DNA of 64,000 nucleotides from Candidatus Krumholzibacteriia bacterium (lineage in GTDB: Bacteria; Krumholzibacteriota; Krumholzibacteriia; JAJRXK01). Within the stretch, counting starts at the first letter, position 1. Every line of letters begins with the position of its first letter. The notes beneath the pieces were generated by a model. That model was not told the DNA's origin. It did not search any database and saw only the letters and a list, made by a program, of their open reading frames with translations. Location of the stretch: positions 32,222 through 96,221 of the forward strand of contig JAOZPE010000001.1 of the NCBI GenBank assembly GCA_029932915.1, given 5' to 3'. Positions 18,694 to 27,004 of the stretch are shown piece after piece. A program made the position numbers and the translations under genes.

Positions 18694-19611
18694 ATGCATA
18701 CGAAAAGAACCTCGATTCTCCTCCTGCTTCTCTTCGGTCTCCTGCTGCTCGGCAGCAGTGCAAGAGCCGCGTTCGACGACATCGCGGTGAGTCCCCGGGC
18801 CCGCGCCATGGGCGAGGCCTACGTGGCCGTCGGCGGCGATGCCTGGAGCTGGTACCACAATCCGGCTCTCCTGCCGTGGATCACTTCACCGGAGATCGCC
18901 GCGGCGGGCACCGAACCCAACGGCGGTGGTTACAACTCCCTGGGGACCATCGGCGGCATCCTTCCGGTGAAGGGTGGCTGGACGGGTCTGGCGGTCGGCC
19001 TGCGCCGCTACGGCGTCGACTACCGGGATGTCTCCCTCCTCACCGAGTACACGATCTCGATCGCGCAGGGCATCCAGTTGTTCAAGGACGACGCTTCGGG
19101 CGCTTCCTTCGGCTGGGCCCTCAACTTCTACAACCTCGATCTGGGCCAGAGCATCGGTCTGGCCGGGGACGGCACCGACGGCATCGACCCGGGCAACGCG
19201 TGGGCGATGGGCCTCGATCTCTCCGCGGTGGTTCAGGTGTGGGACCGCACCAAGGTGGGTTTCAACGCCAAGAACATCAACAGCCCGACCATCGGCGACG
19301 AGAACGAGGAGTTGCTGCAGCAGTTCAGCGTGGGGCTGAGCTATGAGCCGTACGAGGCGGTCATCACCGCGCTGGACATCCGCAGCCGGCCGGGGGAGGA
19401 CTTCCGTCTCCATGCGGGCGCCGAGTTCGGGGTGCTGGAGGTGCTCGATCTGCGAGCGGGTCTGGAGACCGATCCCGACAAACTCACCGCGGGTTTCGGC
19501 GTGCACCTGTACGGCGTCACCCTCGACTATGCCTTCTCCACCGGCGGCGGCGTTCTCGAGTCGACGCATCAGTTCGGCTTGAGCTATCGCTTCTCGGGAG
19601 GGGGGGAGTAG
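18694..19611 (+). CDS. Outer-membrane beta-barrel protein, FadL/PorV-like family
   Basis: It has a signal peptide (MHTKRTSILLLLLFGLLLLGSSARA). The N-terminal motif SPRARAMGEAYVAVGGDAWSWYHNPALL matches the FadL/PorV-type signature (ARAxxMGGA...D...YNPA). The protein has alternating amphipathic strands and ends in ..YRFSGGGE. It sits 13 bp after the giant gene. Confidence 0.6.
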   Translation: MHTKRTSILLLLLFGLLLLGSSARAAFDDIAVSPRARAMGEAYVAVGGDAWSWYHNPALLPWITSPEIAAAGTEPNGGGYNSLGTIGGILPVKGGWTGLAVGLRRYGVDYRDVSLLTEYTISIAQGIQLFKDDASGASFGWALNFYNLDLGQSIGLAGDGTDGIDPGNAWAMGLDLSAVVQVWDRTKVGFNAKNINSPTIGDENEELLQQFSVGLSYEPYEAVITALDIRSRPGEDFRLHAGAEFGVLEVLDLRAGLETDPDKLTAGFGVHLYGVTLDYAFSTGGGVLESTHQFGLSYRFSGGGE

Positions 19612-19612
19612 C

Positions 19613-22168
19613 GTGTACGCTCCGCGCAAACAACTGGGGCGCGGAATTCTCGTGGCACTGGCCTTCAGCCTGTTGCTCGCGGCGCCGGTCCGCGCTCAAT
19701 ACGAGCAGGGAGACTCCCGGCGAGAGGCCATCGAGCCGAGGCAGCTCAAGGGCGAGGTGGACCTGGCCGGAGGGAAGCTCGATCTGAATCGCGCGACCCG
19801 CGATCAGATCCGTTCCCTTCCCATTCCTCCTGAAGTCGCCGACGCCATCTGGGAATACCGCACCTATCGCAGTTACTTCAGCTCCATCTACGATCTGAGC
19901 AAGGTCGAGGGCGTCACGCCCGAGATGATCAAGGAGCTGATCCCCCTGGTGGCCACCATGCCGCCGGAGAAGCAGGAAGCCTGGGTACGTCGCTTCGACG
20001 CCTCGTTCCGGGCGATGCAGCGATTCCTGAGCCGTGAAGGGGCCAGCGAGGAGCTCGCCGACGAATACCGCGACCTCCTGCTGGAACCGCGCAACATCAA
20101 CGATCTGTCCATCTATGCCCTGGAGAGCTACCAGAACGTCTCCCCGGTGGATGCCACCGCCATCCTCAAGGCGCGCAAGAGGTCGGGCGGCATCCAGAAC
20201 CAGCGGCAACTGCGCAGCGTCGACGGCCTGACCTACTGGGCCTACCGCAACCTGCGGGACTACGTCGTCTACGAACCGCCGGCGGGGGAGATGAAGCTGC
20301 ACGGTGGGGCCCAGGTGCAGGTGTACAACACCCCGTACATGCTCGACGACCGGGACATCCTCACCGAGGACTACGTGGGGGCCCCATCCCGCGACTTCGA
20401 CGAGGGGACGCCCTACGGGATCAAGAATCTGGACAGCGCGAATCCGGCCATCCTGAGCAAGTTGAAGCTGCGGCTGGGCAACCAGTGGAAGGCCGGCATG
20501 AGCACCTTCCGCAATGTCGGTGAGCGCAACGTGGCCGAGACGCTCAAGGGCTTCATCGAGTGGCACAACCCGCGGGCGAAGTCCTACCGCCTGGACAAGT
20601 TCGTGCTGGGCAATTTCCGGATCGCCTTCGGACAGGGCCTGGTGATGGACAACACCGACTACTTCCTCAGTCGCAAGACCGGCACGGGCTTCAACAAGCG
20701 TCCACGGGGCTTGATCGGTGACATGAGCCGATCCTACGAGTTCGCCCTGCGCGGCGCGGCCGCAGAAGCCGCCCTGGGGAATCTGCACGTCGTCGGTTTC
20801 TACAGCAACACCGACAAGGACGGCATCCTCAACCTCGACGAGAACGGCAACGCGGTGAGCATCAACAAGTACGTGGTGGGCAAGCCGCGGTTCGAGAACA
20901 GTGAATACGAGTTGATGAACACCGCCATCCGGCGGGGCGCCTTCGACGAGGAACTCTACGGTGGTGTTCTGCACTATCAGTTCGTGCCGGGAACCTTCGT
21001 GGGAATCTCGGGCTACGAGGCCCGCCACGACCTTCCCTGGGATCCGAAGGTCTCCACCCTGGTGACCGAGGTAGGTCGCTTGGAGGCTCGGGACAACGAA
21101 CTGTTCAACGCCTACGATTCGACCCAACTGGGCAACTTCCGACGCGTTCTGGGCGCTGAATTCCAGACCGTGATCAGCAACGTCGCCCTGGCCGGCGAGT
21201 ATGCCAAGCTCGACTCGAACCCCACCGGCGGCATCTTCTCCAATGCTCCCGACGCCATGGTGTTCACCGGCTACACCCAGTGGTCGAACTTCAACATCTT
21301 CGCGCTCTATCGTGACTACGATGTGGGCTTCGACAATCCCTATGCCCGGCCGTTCGGGCAGGACAACCGTTACGAGCAGACCTTGCTCGGCGATCCCTTC
21401 CGTTTGAATTCACCTCTGTACAGTTGGCTGGAGTCGACCACGCCGCAGACCAAGGCCGAGCAGGGGATCTTCCTGCAGACGCGCTACCGGATCAGCCGTC
21501 AGCTCACGATCTCCGGCCTGGAATTCGATCAGTGGAAGCGGAAGGCCGACGGACAGAGCCAGCATCGCTACACCTTGCGTCTGGAGTACGCGCCGATCTG
21601 GCCGCTGCGTTTCCGTCTGCGTGAACGCTACAGCGACCGGGCACCCGAGGAGCTGAGCGACAACCGGCGTTTCAAGAGCTGGGATACGCGGCTCGAGCTG
21701 CGGGCGCGGCTGAGCGGCTACGACGAATTGCGCTTGCTCTACAGCAATACCAACACCCAGTTCGCGCCGCGGCCCCGTCTGGGAGGACCGGCCGATCCGG
21801 ACGGCAGCAACTTCACCCCGCTGGCGCAGGAAGCCGCCCCGGGCCAGGCCATCCAGGCCATGCTGGTGCACAACGTCAACGATCGTCTCCAGTTCACGTT
21901 CAGCACCGAGCTCTACGAGGGCTTCCTCTGGAACTTCGAAGACAACGAGTTCGTCGTGGTCGACGGCAACGGCATGCGCAACTGGTTCCTCATCCAGAGC
22001 CGACTCGATGACCACTTCCTCGTTCGATTCAAGATGACCAACGATCGTCAGCGGACCCGTGACAACCTGGAGATCCGCGATTATGCCAATTCCACCCCCA
22101 GCGAGTTGCGCGCGGGCGACAAGCGTCAGTACACCGCTTTCCGCCTCCAGCTCGACTACAACTTCTAG
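19613..22168 (+). CDS. Outer-membrane beta-barrel protein with two N-terminal ComEA-like helix-hairpin-helix DNA-binding motifs
   Basis: It has a signal peptide (LVALAFSLLLAAPVRA). HhH motifs are present (DLNRATRDQIRSLPIPPEVADAI, and DLSIYALESYQNVSPVDATAILKARKRSGGIQNQRQL). A ~650-aa Tyr/Gly-rich region follows with alternating strands, and the C-terminus is ...QLDYNF (aromatic terminal residue typical of OMPs). The track start is GTG. Confidence 0.6.
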   Translation: MYAPRKQLGRGILVALAFSLLLAAPVRAQYEQGDSRREAIEPRQLKGEVDLAGGKLDLNRATRDQIRSLPIPPEVADAIWEYRTYRSYFSSIYDLSKVEGVTPEMIKELIPLVATMPPEKQEAWVRRFDASFRAMQRFLSREGASEELADEYRDLLLEPRNINDLSIYALESYQNVSPVDATAILKARKRSGGIQNQRQLRSVDGLTYWAYRNLRDYVVYEPPAGEMKLHGGAQVQVYNTPYMLDDRDILTEDYVGAPSRDFDEGTPYGIKNLDSANPAILSKLKLRLGNQWKAGMSTFRNVGERNVAETLKGFIEWHNPRAKSYRLDKFVLGNFRIAFGQGLVMDNTDYFLSRKTGTGFNKRPRGLIGDMSRSYEFALRGAAAEAALGNLHVVGFYSNTDKDGILNLDENGNAVSINKYVVGKPRFENSEYELMNTAIRRGAFDEELYGGVLHYQFVPGTFVGISGYEARHDLPWDPKVSTLVTEVGRLEARDNELFNAYDSTQLGNFRRVLGAEFQTVISNVALAGEYAKLDSNPTGGIFSNAPDAMVFTGYTQWSNFNIFALYRDYDVGFDNPYARPFGQDNRYEQTLLGDPFRLNSPLYSWLESTTPQTKAEQGIFLQTRYRISRQLTISGLEFDQWKRKADGQSQHRYTLRLEYAPIWPLRFRLRERYSDRAPEELSDNRRFKSWDTRLELRARLSGYDELRLLYSNTNTQFAPRPRLGGPADPDGSNFTPLAQEAAPGQAIQAMLVHNVNDRLQFTFSTELYEGFLWNFEDNEFVVVDGNGMRNWFLIQSRLDDHFLVRFKMTNDRQRTRDNLEIRDYANSTPSELRAGDKRQYTAFRLQLDYNF

Positions 22169-22178
22169 GGAGTATCCC

Positions 22179-23543
22179 ATGCGTGGCAGTGTTTGCAGAA
22201 GCATACGGATCCTGACCCTCGTCCTGGCGGCGGCGTCGCTTCTCGCCTCCCCCGCGCGCGCATTCACCACTCTGGATGCGGCATACGGTACGCCATGGGA
22301 TGCGGAGAACCCGCGCACGGCGGCCATGGGTTCGGTCGGGGCGGCTCTGTACCAGGGGGCGGGAAACCTCGTCTCGAATCCGGCGATGCTCGCCTACATG
22401 GACGGCCGCATCCTGGTGGAGCTCAACGGGGGATTTCTCCAGGCCAACGAGGACCGCTATCAGCCCCTGTACAATTCCTTCGACTCGTACGTGACCGATA
22501 CCGTCATCGCGAGCAACCGCAACAGCTACGGGCAACTGCAGGGCGGTGTCCTGTTCAGCCTTTCCCGCGAGCATGCGATGAGCTTCGGGATCGGCGTGTT
22601 CGACCGCTACATCTTCGACTACGACTACAGTGAGGAGATCCGCGATCCCTCTCCCTTCGTCGACACCCGCGACGCGGTCATCCAGTTGCGTCAGTACCAT
22701 ATCGAGGGAAGACTCCGCTCGATCACCGCGGGCTGGGGGATGGAAGTGATTCCGCGCCTGTCGCTGGGTCTGAGCGTGAACTACTACCTCGGAAAGTTGC
22801 AGCACCGGGTGGCGACCTCGACCACGCCTACCTACGAGAACACCTTCCTGAGCGATCCGGGCCCGGCGGCCTTCGACCACGATCTCGACGGCTGGAGTGT
22901 CGCGCTGGGTCTGGAGGGAAGGGTTTCCGACCGCCTCGATCTCGGAGTGAACTTCGAGAGCGGCTTCACCGTCGAGGGGGCCATCACCTCCATGGATTCG
23001 ACGATCGGGACCTGGGTGCCCTACGACCGCGAGGAGACCGTGCTCGCCGTGGGTGGGGAGGATGTGAAGATCAAGTATCCTTCGACCCTGCGGGCGGGGA
23101 TGACCTTCCATCCGCGCAACCAGCTCAAGACCACCTTCTCGTTCGACCTGGTCCGCCGCTTCTGGGAGGGCGTTTCCAGCGATAGCTACCGTACGGCGGC
23201 CTTTGGCGGCGGATACACGCTGCGGGACACCTGGGACGTCCGGGTGGGTCTGGAGCATGTCTTCTACAACAAGGTGCCGGCCCGCTTCGGTTTTCGTTAT
23301 CTTGAGAACTACGCCGACCCCGAGTCACAGCGGTCGATCTTCTCGGCGGGGACGGGTTGGTCGACGGCGGGTCTTACCCTGGAAGCGACGGTGCAGTACC
23401 ACCGGCAGACCACCCGCCAGGACTATCTCTTCGACCGCACCCTGGAGTGGACGGACCGTCCGCCGGACGTTCCCGACGACGGGCTCTCCAAAGTGGAGGA
23501 TGGAACGGTGACCCTCCTGCTGGGGGTTTCCCGGCGCTTCTAG
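22179..23543 (+). CDS. Outer-membrane beta-barrel protein, FadL/PorV-like family (second copy)
   Basis: It has a signal peptide (ILTLVLAAASLLASPARA). The N-terminal motif is ENPRTAAMGSVGAALYQGAGNLVSNPAML. The C-terminus is ...LLLGVSRRF (terminal Phe). Confidence 0.6.
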   Translation: MRGSVCRSIRILTLVLAAASLLASPARAFTTLDAAYGTPWDAENPRTAAMGSVGAALYQGAGNLVSNPAMLAYMDGRILVELNGGFLQANEDRYQPLYNSFDSYVTDTVIASNRNSYGQLQGGVLFSLSREHAMSFGIGVFDRYIFDYDYSEEIRDPSPFVDTRDAVIQLRQYHIEGRLRSITAGWGMEVIPRLSLGLSVNYYLGKLQHRVATSTTPTYENTFLSDPGPAAFDHDLDGWSVALGLEGRVSDRLDLGVNFESGFTVEGAITSMDSTIGTWVPYDREETVLAVGGEDVKIKYPSTLRAGMTFHPRNQLKTTFSFDLVRRFWEGVSSDSYRTAAFGGGYTLRDTWDVRVGLEHVFYNKVPARFGFRYLENYADPESQRSIFSAGTGWSTAGLTLEATVQYHRQTTRQDYLFDRTLEWTDRPPDVPDDGLSKVEDGTVTLLLGVSRRF

Positions 23544-23555
23544 CCTCTGGAAGGG

Positions 23556-25010
23556 ATGACGCTCTTGGAGCGCGGAATTCGTTCGTTCATCGGCCGTGCC
23601 GCCGTTGTCTCTGTGACGGCGGCGCTGCTTCTGCTGGGCGCCTGCTCGTCGAAGGCACCGGTGGAGGGAGTGATCCTTCCACCCAGCGATTCGATCAGCG
23701 TGGTCGATCGCAGCGTACTGTGGCACACCGACGAGCCGGCCCGGGGTCTCGTGCGCTACGGTCTCGATCGTGGGCATCTCGATCACGTCGCCTATCCCGC
23801 CGCGGCCGCCCGTGAGGACCGCTCCTTCGTCAAGGAACACCGGGTGACCCTGCTGGACGTGCAGGCCGGCCGGACCATCTACTACCAGGTGGGGGTGGAG
23901 ACGAGTCTCAGCGGCTGCCGTTTCACCGCCATCGATTCCTTCGTCTCGCAGCTGGGTCCGGCGCCGGGCGTGCTGACGTCGACCATGGTCCACATCGGCT
24001 TCGGTGATGCGCACGTGTTGACCATGCCCACCAACGGACGCCATGTGCTCATCGACGCCGGTACGCGCGAAGCGGCCGTCTCGGTGCGTCAGTATCTGCT
24101 GGAGCATGGCATCGACGCCTTCAGCGGCATGCTCGCCACCCACGTGCACATCGATCACATCGGAGGCATCCTCGGCTACGATCGCGGTGGCATCCTGGCG
24201 AGTCACCCGCCTTCGATCTTCTACGATTCGGCACGCAAGGACGTGGGCTCGGAGAAGTACGCCTACAGCGAGGTGCAGTCGATGATCGCCGAGGAGAACG
24301 TCGACGAAGCCGTCCTGCATCGCTTCGATACCTCATCGAGCGTGGCGGCGCTGCAATGGGATCCCGAGGTCGAGGTGACGGTGTTGAACAGTGGCACTCC
24401 CGACGACTACGTCCCGGACGGCTACGAGGGTACGGACATCAACAACGAGTCGATCGTGTTGCTCATCGCCTACGGCGACGTCCGCTTCGTCATCGGCGGC
24501 GACGCCGAGCAGGAGGCCGAGGCCAGCATGCTGGCGGCCTTCGCTCCCGCGGACCTGGAAGTGCAGTACTACAAGGTGCAGCACCATGGTCTCTCCGATG
24601 CCTCGAGCACGGCGTGGGTGAACACGTTGAGGCCGCGGGTGGCGTTCATCCCCAACACGGCGTGGTCGTGGGACGGAGACCTCGATGGGGCCATCAGCCA
24701 GACCACGGGACGGCTGGAGGCCATCGGAGCGCAGATCTATGTCATCGACGACGTGCCGATGATCGGTGAGCCCCGCTCGATGGGCATCCAGCACAACATC
24801 ACCTTCGCCACCGACGGTGTCAGCTATGAGGTGCGGGTGGAGACGGCACAACAGACGGCACCGCACAAGATGGCCTCCACCGCCTCGTGTGTCCGCGGCG
24901 ATCCCGACCTGCAGAATCTCTTTCCTCTCCATGACCACGAGGGCGATTCCGGCCTCGACAGGGTGAAGACCGACTCTCCGCCGCCGACGGCGGACAGCTC
25001 CCAGGAGTAG
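23556..25010 (+). CDS. Lipoprotein with purple-acid-phosphatase-N/Fn3-like domain fused to a ComEC-type metallo-beta-lactamase-fold domain (putative nuclease)
   Basis: It has a lipobox (LLLLGACSS). The ComEC/Rec2-type MBL pattern is present: VHIGFGDAHVL....GRHVLIDAGT...AFSGMLATHVHIDHIGG and NESIVLLIAYGDVRFVIGGDAE...YYKVQHHGLSDAS (compare vGqGDa..LID.G / lilTH.d.DHiGG / lKvgHHGS..S). Confidence 0.75.
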   Translation: MTLLERGIRSFIGRAAVVSVTAALLLLGACSSKAPVEGVILPPSDSISVVDRSVLWHTDEPARGLVRYGLDRGHLDHVAYPAAAAREDRSFVKEHRVTLLDVQAGRTIYYQVGVETSLSGCRFTAIDSFVSQLGPAPGVLTSTMVHIGFGDAHVLTMPTNGRHVLIDAGTREAAVSVRQYLLEHGIDAFSGMLATHVHIDHIGGILGYDRGGILASHPPSIFYDSARKDVGSEKYAYSEVQSMIAEENVDEAVLHRFDTSSSVAALQWDPEVEVTVLNSGTPDDYVPDGYEGTDINNESIVLLIAYGDVRFVIGGDAEQEAEASMLAAFAPADLEVQYYKVQHHGLSDASSTAWVNTLRPRVAFIPNTAWSWDGDLDGAISQTTGRLEAIGAQIYVIDDVPMIGEPRSMGIQHNITFATDGVSYEVRVETAQQTAPHKMASTASCVRGDPDLQNLFPLHDHEGDSGLDRVKTDSPPPTADSSQE

Positions 25011-25014
25011 AGCC

Positions 25015-26697
25015 ATGCGCGCAGTTTCCGCTCTCGCTATCTTGTTCATTCTCGCCGCGACGGGTCTGGCCGTCTCCGATGCTTCGGCCGGAGAGACCGT
25101 GCGCCTTCATCTCATCTGGACCAACGACATCCATGGCCACGTGGGCAATGAGGAAGCGCGCTTCATGAATCCCGAGTTCCCCCCGCCTCTGGGTGGGGGG
25201 GCCTCGGCGGCGGCCTACGTGCAGAAGGTGCGCGCCGCGTGTGAGAAGGACCCCGACTCGGACGTGCTGCTGCTCGACGCCGGCGATACCTGGCAGGGCG
25301 CCCCGGTGGGCACGCTCAGTGCGGGCCGGGTCATGGAAGCTTACTTCGATGCCATGCAGTACGATGCGGTCACCGTCGGCAACCACGAGTTCGACAAGGG
25401 CCTCGACGTTCCCATCCGCATGTCACAGGCCATGCGGCAGAAGTTCGTCTGCGCAAACATCTACAAAGAGGGCACGGAGGAAATGGTCGACTGGACCGAG
25501 CCCTACCGGGTGGTGGAGAAGGCCGGCCTGCGCATCGGCATCGTCGGGGCGGTCACTCCTTCCACGAAGTCGATGGCCTTCGCCGAGAACGTGGCCGGGA
25601 TCGATTTCGGCCCGATTGCCCCGGTGCTGGAGAAGTACCGTGACATCCTTCTGGAGCGCGAACACGTCGATCTGGTGGTGGCTCTGATTCACGAGGGTTT
25701 GCCCTACAACCCGGACGAAGGCTGGGAAGATCTGGTGCGACGGGTGAAGGAGGGCGTCGATCTGCGGCTGCATGCGCGCAGTGCCATGGAGATCGCCCAC
25801 GTGGTCCACGGGATCCCCATCTTCGTCGGCGGCCACACCCACCGCGGCTACCGCAAGCCGTGGATCGATCCGGTGACCCAGGCCATGGTCTTCGAGACCT
25901 TCGGCAACGGCTCATCGGTGGGACACGTGATCATCCTCATCGACCGCCCCACCGACCAGGTGGTCGGTTACGAGAGCCCCCGGCGCGACGGCACCCTGGT
26001 GACCCTGTTCGAGGACGAGTGGTGGCCGGATGAGAAGATGGCGGCCGAACTCGAACCCTATATCCACGAAGCCCGGGCCGGTCTGGACGAGACGGTGGGG
26101 CGCTCGGCGGTCGAATTGAGCCGCCGCGGCGGACCTCTCTCGCGGATGGGGATCCTCGTGACCAGCGCCATGCTCGAGGCCACCGGGGCCGATTTCGCCT
26201 TCTCCAACACCGGCGGCCTGCGCAGTGATCTGCCTCCGGGCCGGATCACCCTGGGCGACCTCATCCGGGTCCTGCCCTTCGGCAACGCCCTGGCCACCGT
26301 CGAGATGGACGGAGCCATGATCCGCAAGATCTTCGAACGCAAGAGCGGGCGTCGCAGCAGCGGCATCGCCTTCTCCGGGGTGAAGGTGGTCGTCGATCCG
26401 GACGCCCCGCAGGGACGCCGGGTCCTCGAGCTGACCCTGCTCGACGGCACGCCCATCGTGCCGGGGCGGCGCTACCTCGTGGCGACCTCGGACTTCCTCA
26501 TGGAGGGCAACAGCGGCCTGGACTTCCTGGCCGAGATCCCGCCGGATCAGGTCAACTACACCGGCATCCTCACCCGCGACGCCCTGGCCGAATACCTGCG
26601 CAAGCACAGCCCGGTGGCGCCTCATGCGGACGACCGGTGGAGGGAGAAGGTGGGGGGGACGCCCGCCGACTATCTGCAGACCCCGGCCGTCCAGTAG
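25015..26697 (+). CDS. Secreted bifunctional metallophosphatase/5'-nucleotidase (UshA-like)
   Basis: It has a signal peptide and calcineurin-like motifs (LIWTNDIHGHV, DAGDTWQG, GNHEFD, GGHTH). A C-terminal 5'-nucleotidase substrate domain is present (FSNTGGLRSDL..GNAL). Confidence 0.85.
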   Translation: MRAVSALAILFILAATGLAVSDASAGETVRLHLIWTNDIHGHVGNEEARFMNPEFPPPLGGGASAAAYVQKVRAACEKDPDSDVLLLDAGDTWQGAPVGTLSAGRVMEAYFDAMQYDAVTVGNHEFDKGLDVPIRMSQAMRQKFVCANIYKEGTEEMVDWTEPYRVVEKAGLRIGIVGAVTPSTKSMAFAENVAGIDFGPIAPVLEKYRDILLEREHVDLVVALIHEGLPYNPDEGWEDLVRRVKEGVDLRLHARSAMEIAHVVHGIPIFVGGHTHRGYRKPWIDPVTQAMVFETFGNGSSVGHVIILIDRPTDQVVGYESPRRDGTLVTLFEDEWWPDEKMAAELEPYIHEARAGLDETVGRSAVELSRRGGPLSRMGILVTSAMLEATGADFAFSNTGGLRSDLPPGRITLGDLIRVLPFGNALATVEMDGAMIRKIFERKSGRRSSGIAFSGVKVVVDPDAPQGRRVLELTLLDGTPIVPGRRYLVATSDFLMEGNSGLDFLAEIPPDQVNYTGILTRDALAEYLRKHSPVAPHADDRWREKVGGTPADYLQTPAVQ

Positions 26698-26762
26698 GCT
26701 CCGCCGATCCGGCCCCTCCCTCGAAGGCTCCCGCCGTCTCGCGGGCTGCGGGCACGTCGTCG

Positions 26763-26810
26763 TTTTGCAAGTCATCGCAGCTTTTGCAAGCCTTCCTCCG
26801 CTTGCGCAAA
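26763..26810. promoter_or_regulatory. Triple TTTTGCAAG motif (two direct copies 19 bp apart plus one inverted, imperfect copy CTTGCGCAAA) upstream of the AAA+ gene
   Basis: The copies lie at 26763-71 and 26782-90 (direct) and 26801-10 (inverted). They sit in the only AT-richer part of the 300-bp intergenic gap. Confidence 0.4.
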
Positions 26811-27004
26811 CGTGCCAATCGGGGCCGAGGAGGTCCATTCCCGCCCCGGACGGTGCGAGGCAAGCGGCCGCCGGCTTCCCCGGCCTCGCTCTCGTGAGTT
26901 CCCCTGCGTTCCCATGATTCCCCGTAGAGGAGCGCGCTTACGGGCGTGGTGGCCTGGAGCCGGCCGGTGGCCGGTCACGGGTTGGGAGGGGGGACGCCGG
27001 AGCC

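Noticed and set aside
26740-26772. Possible sigma-54 promoter (GGCACG...TTGCA) upstream of the AAA+ gene
   Set aside because: The spacing between the GG and GC dinucleotides is ~14 nt instead of the required 10, so it is not a -24/-12 promoter.
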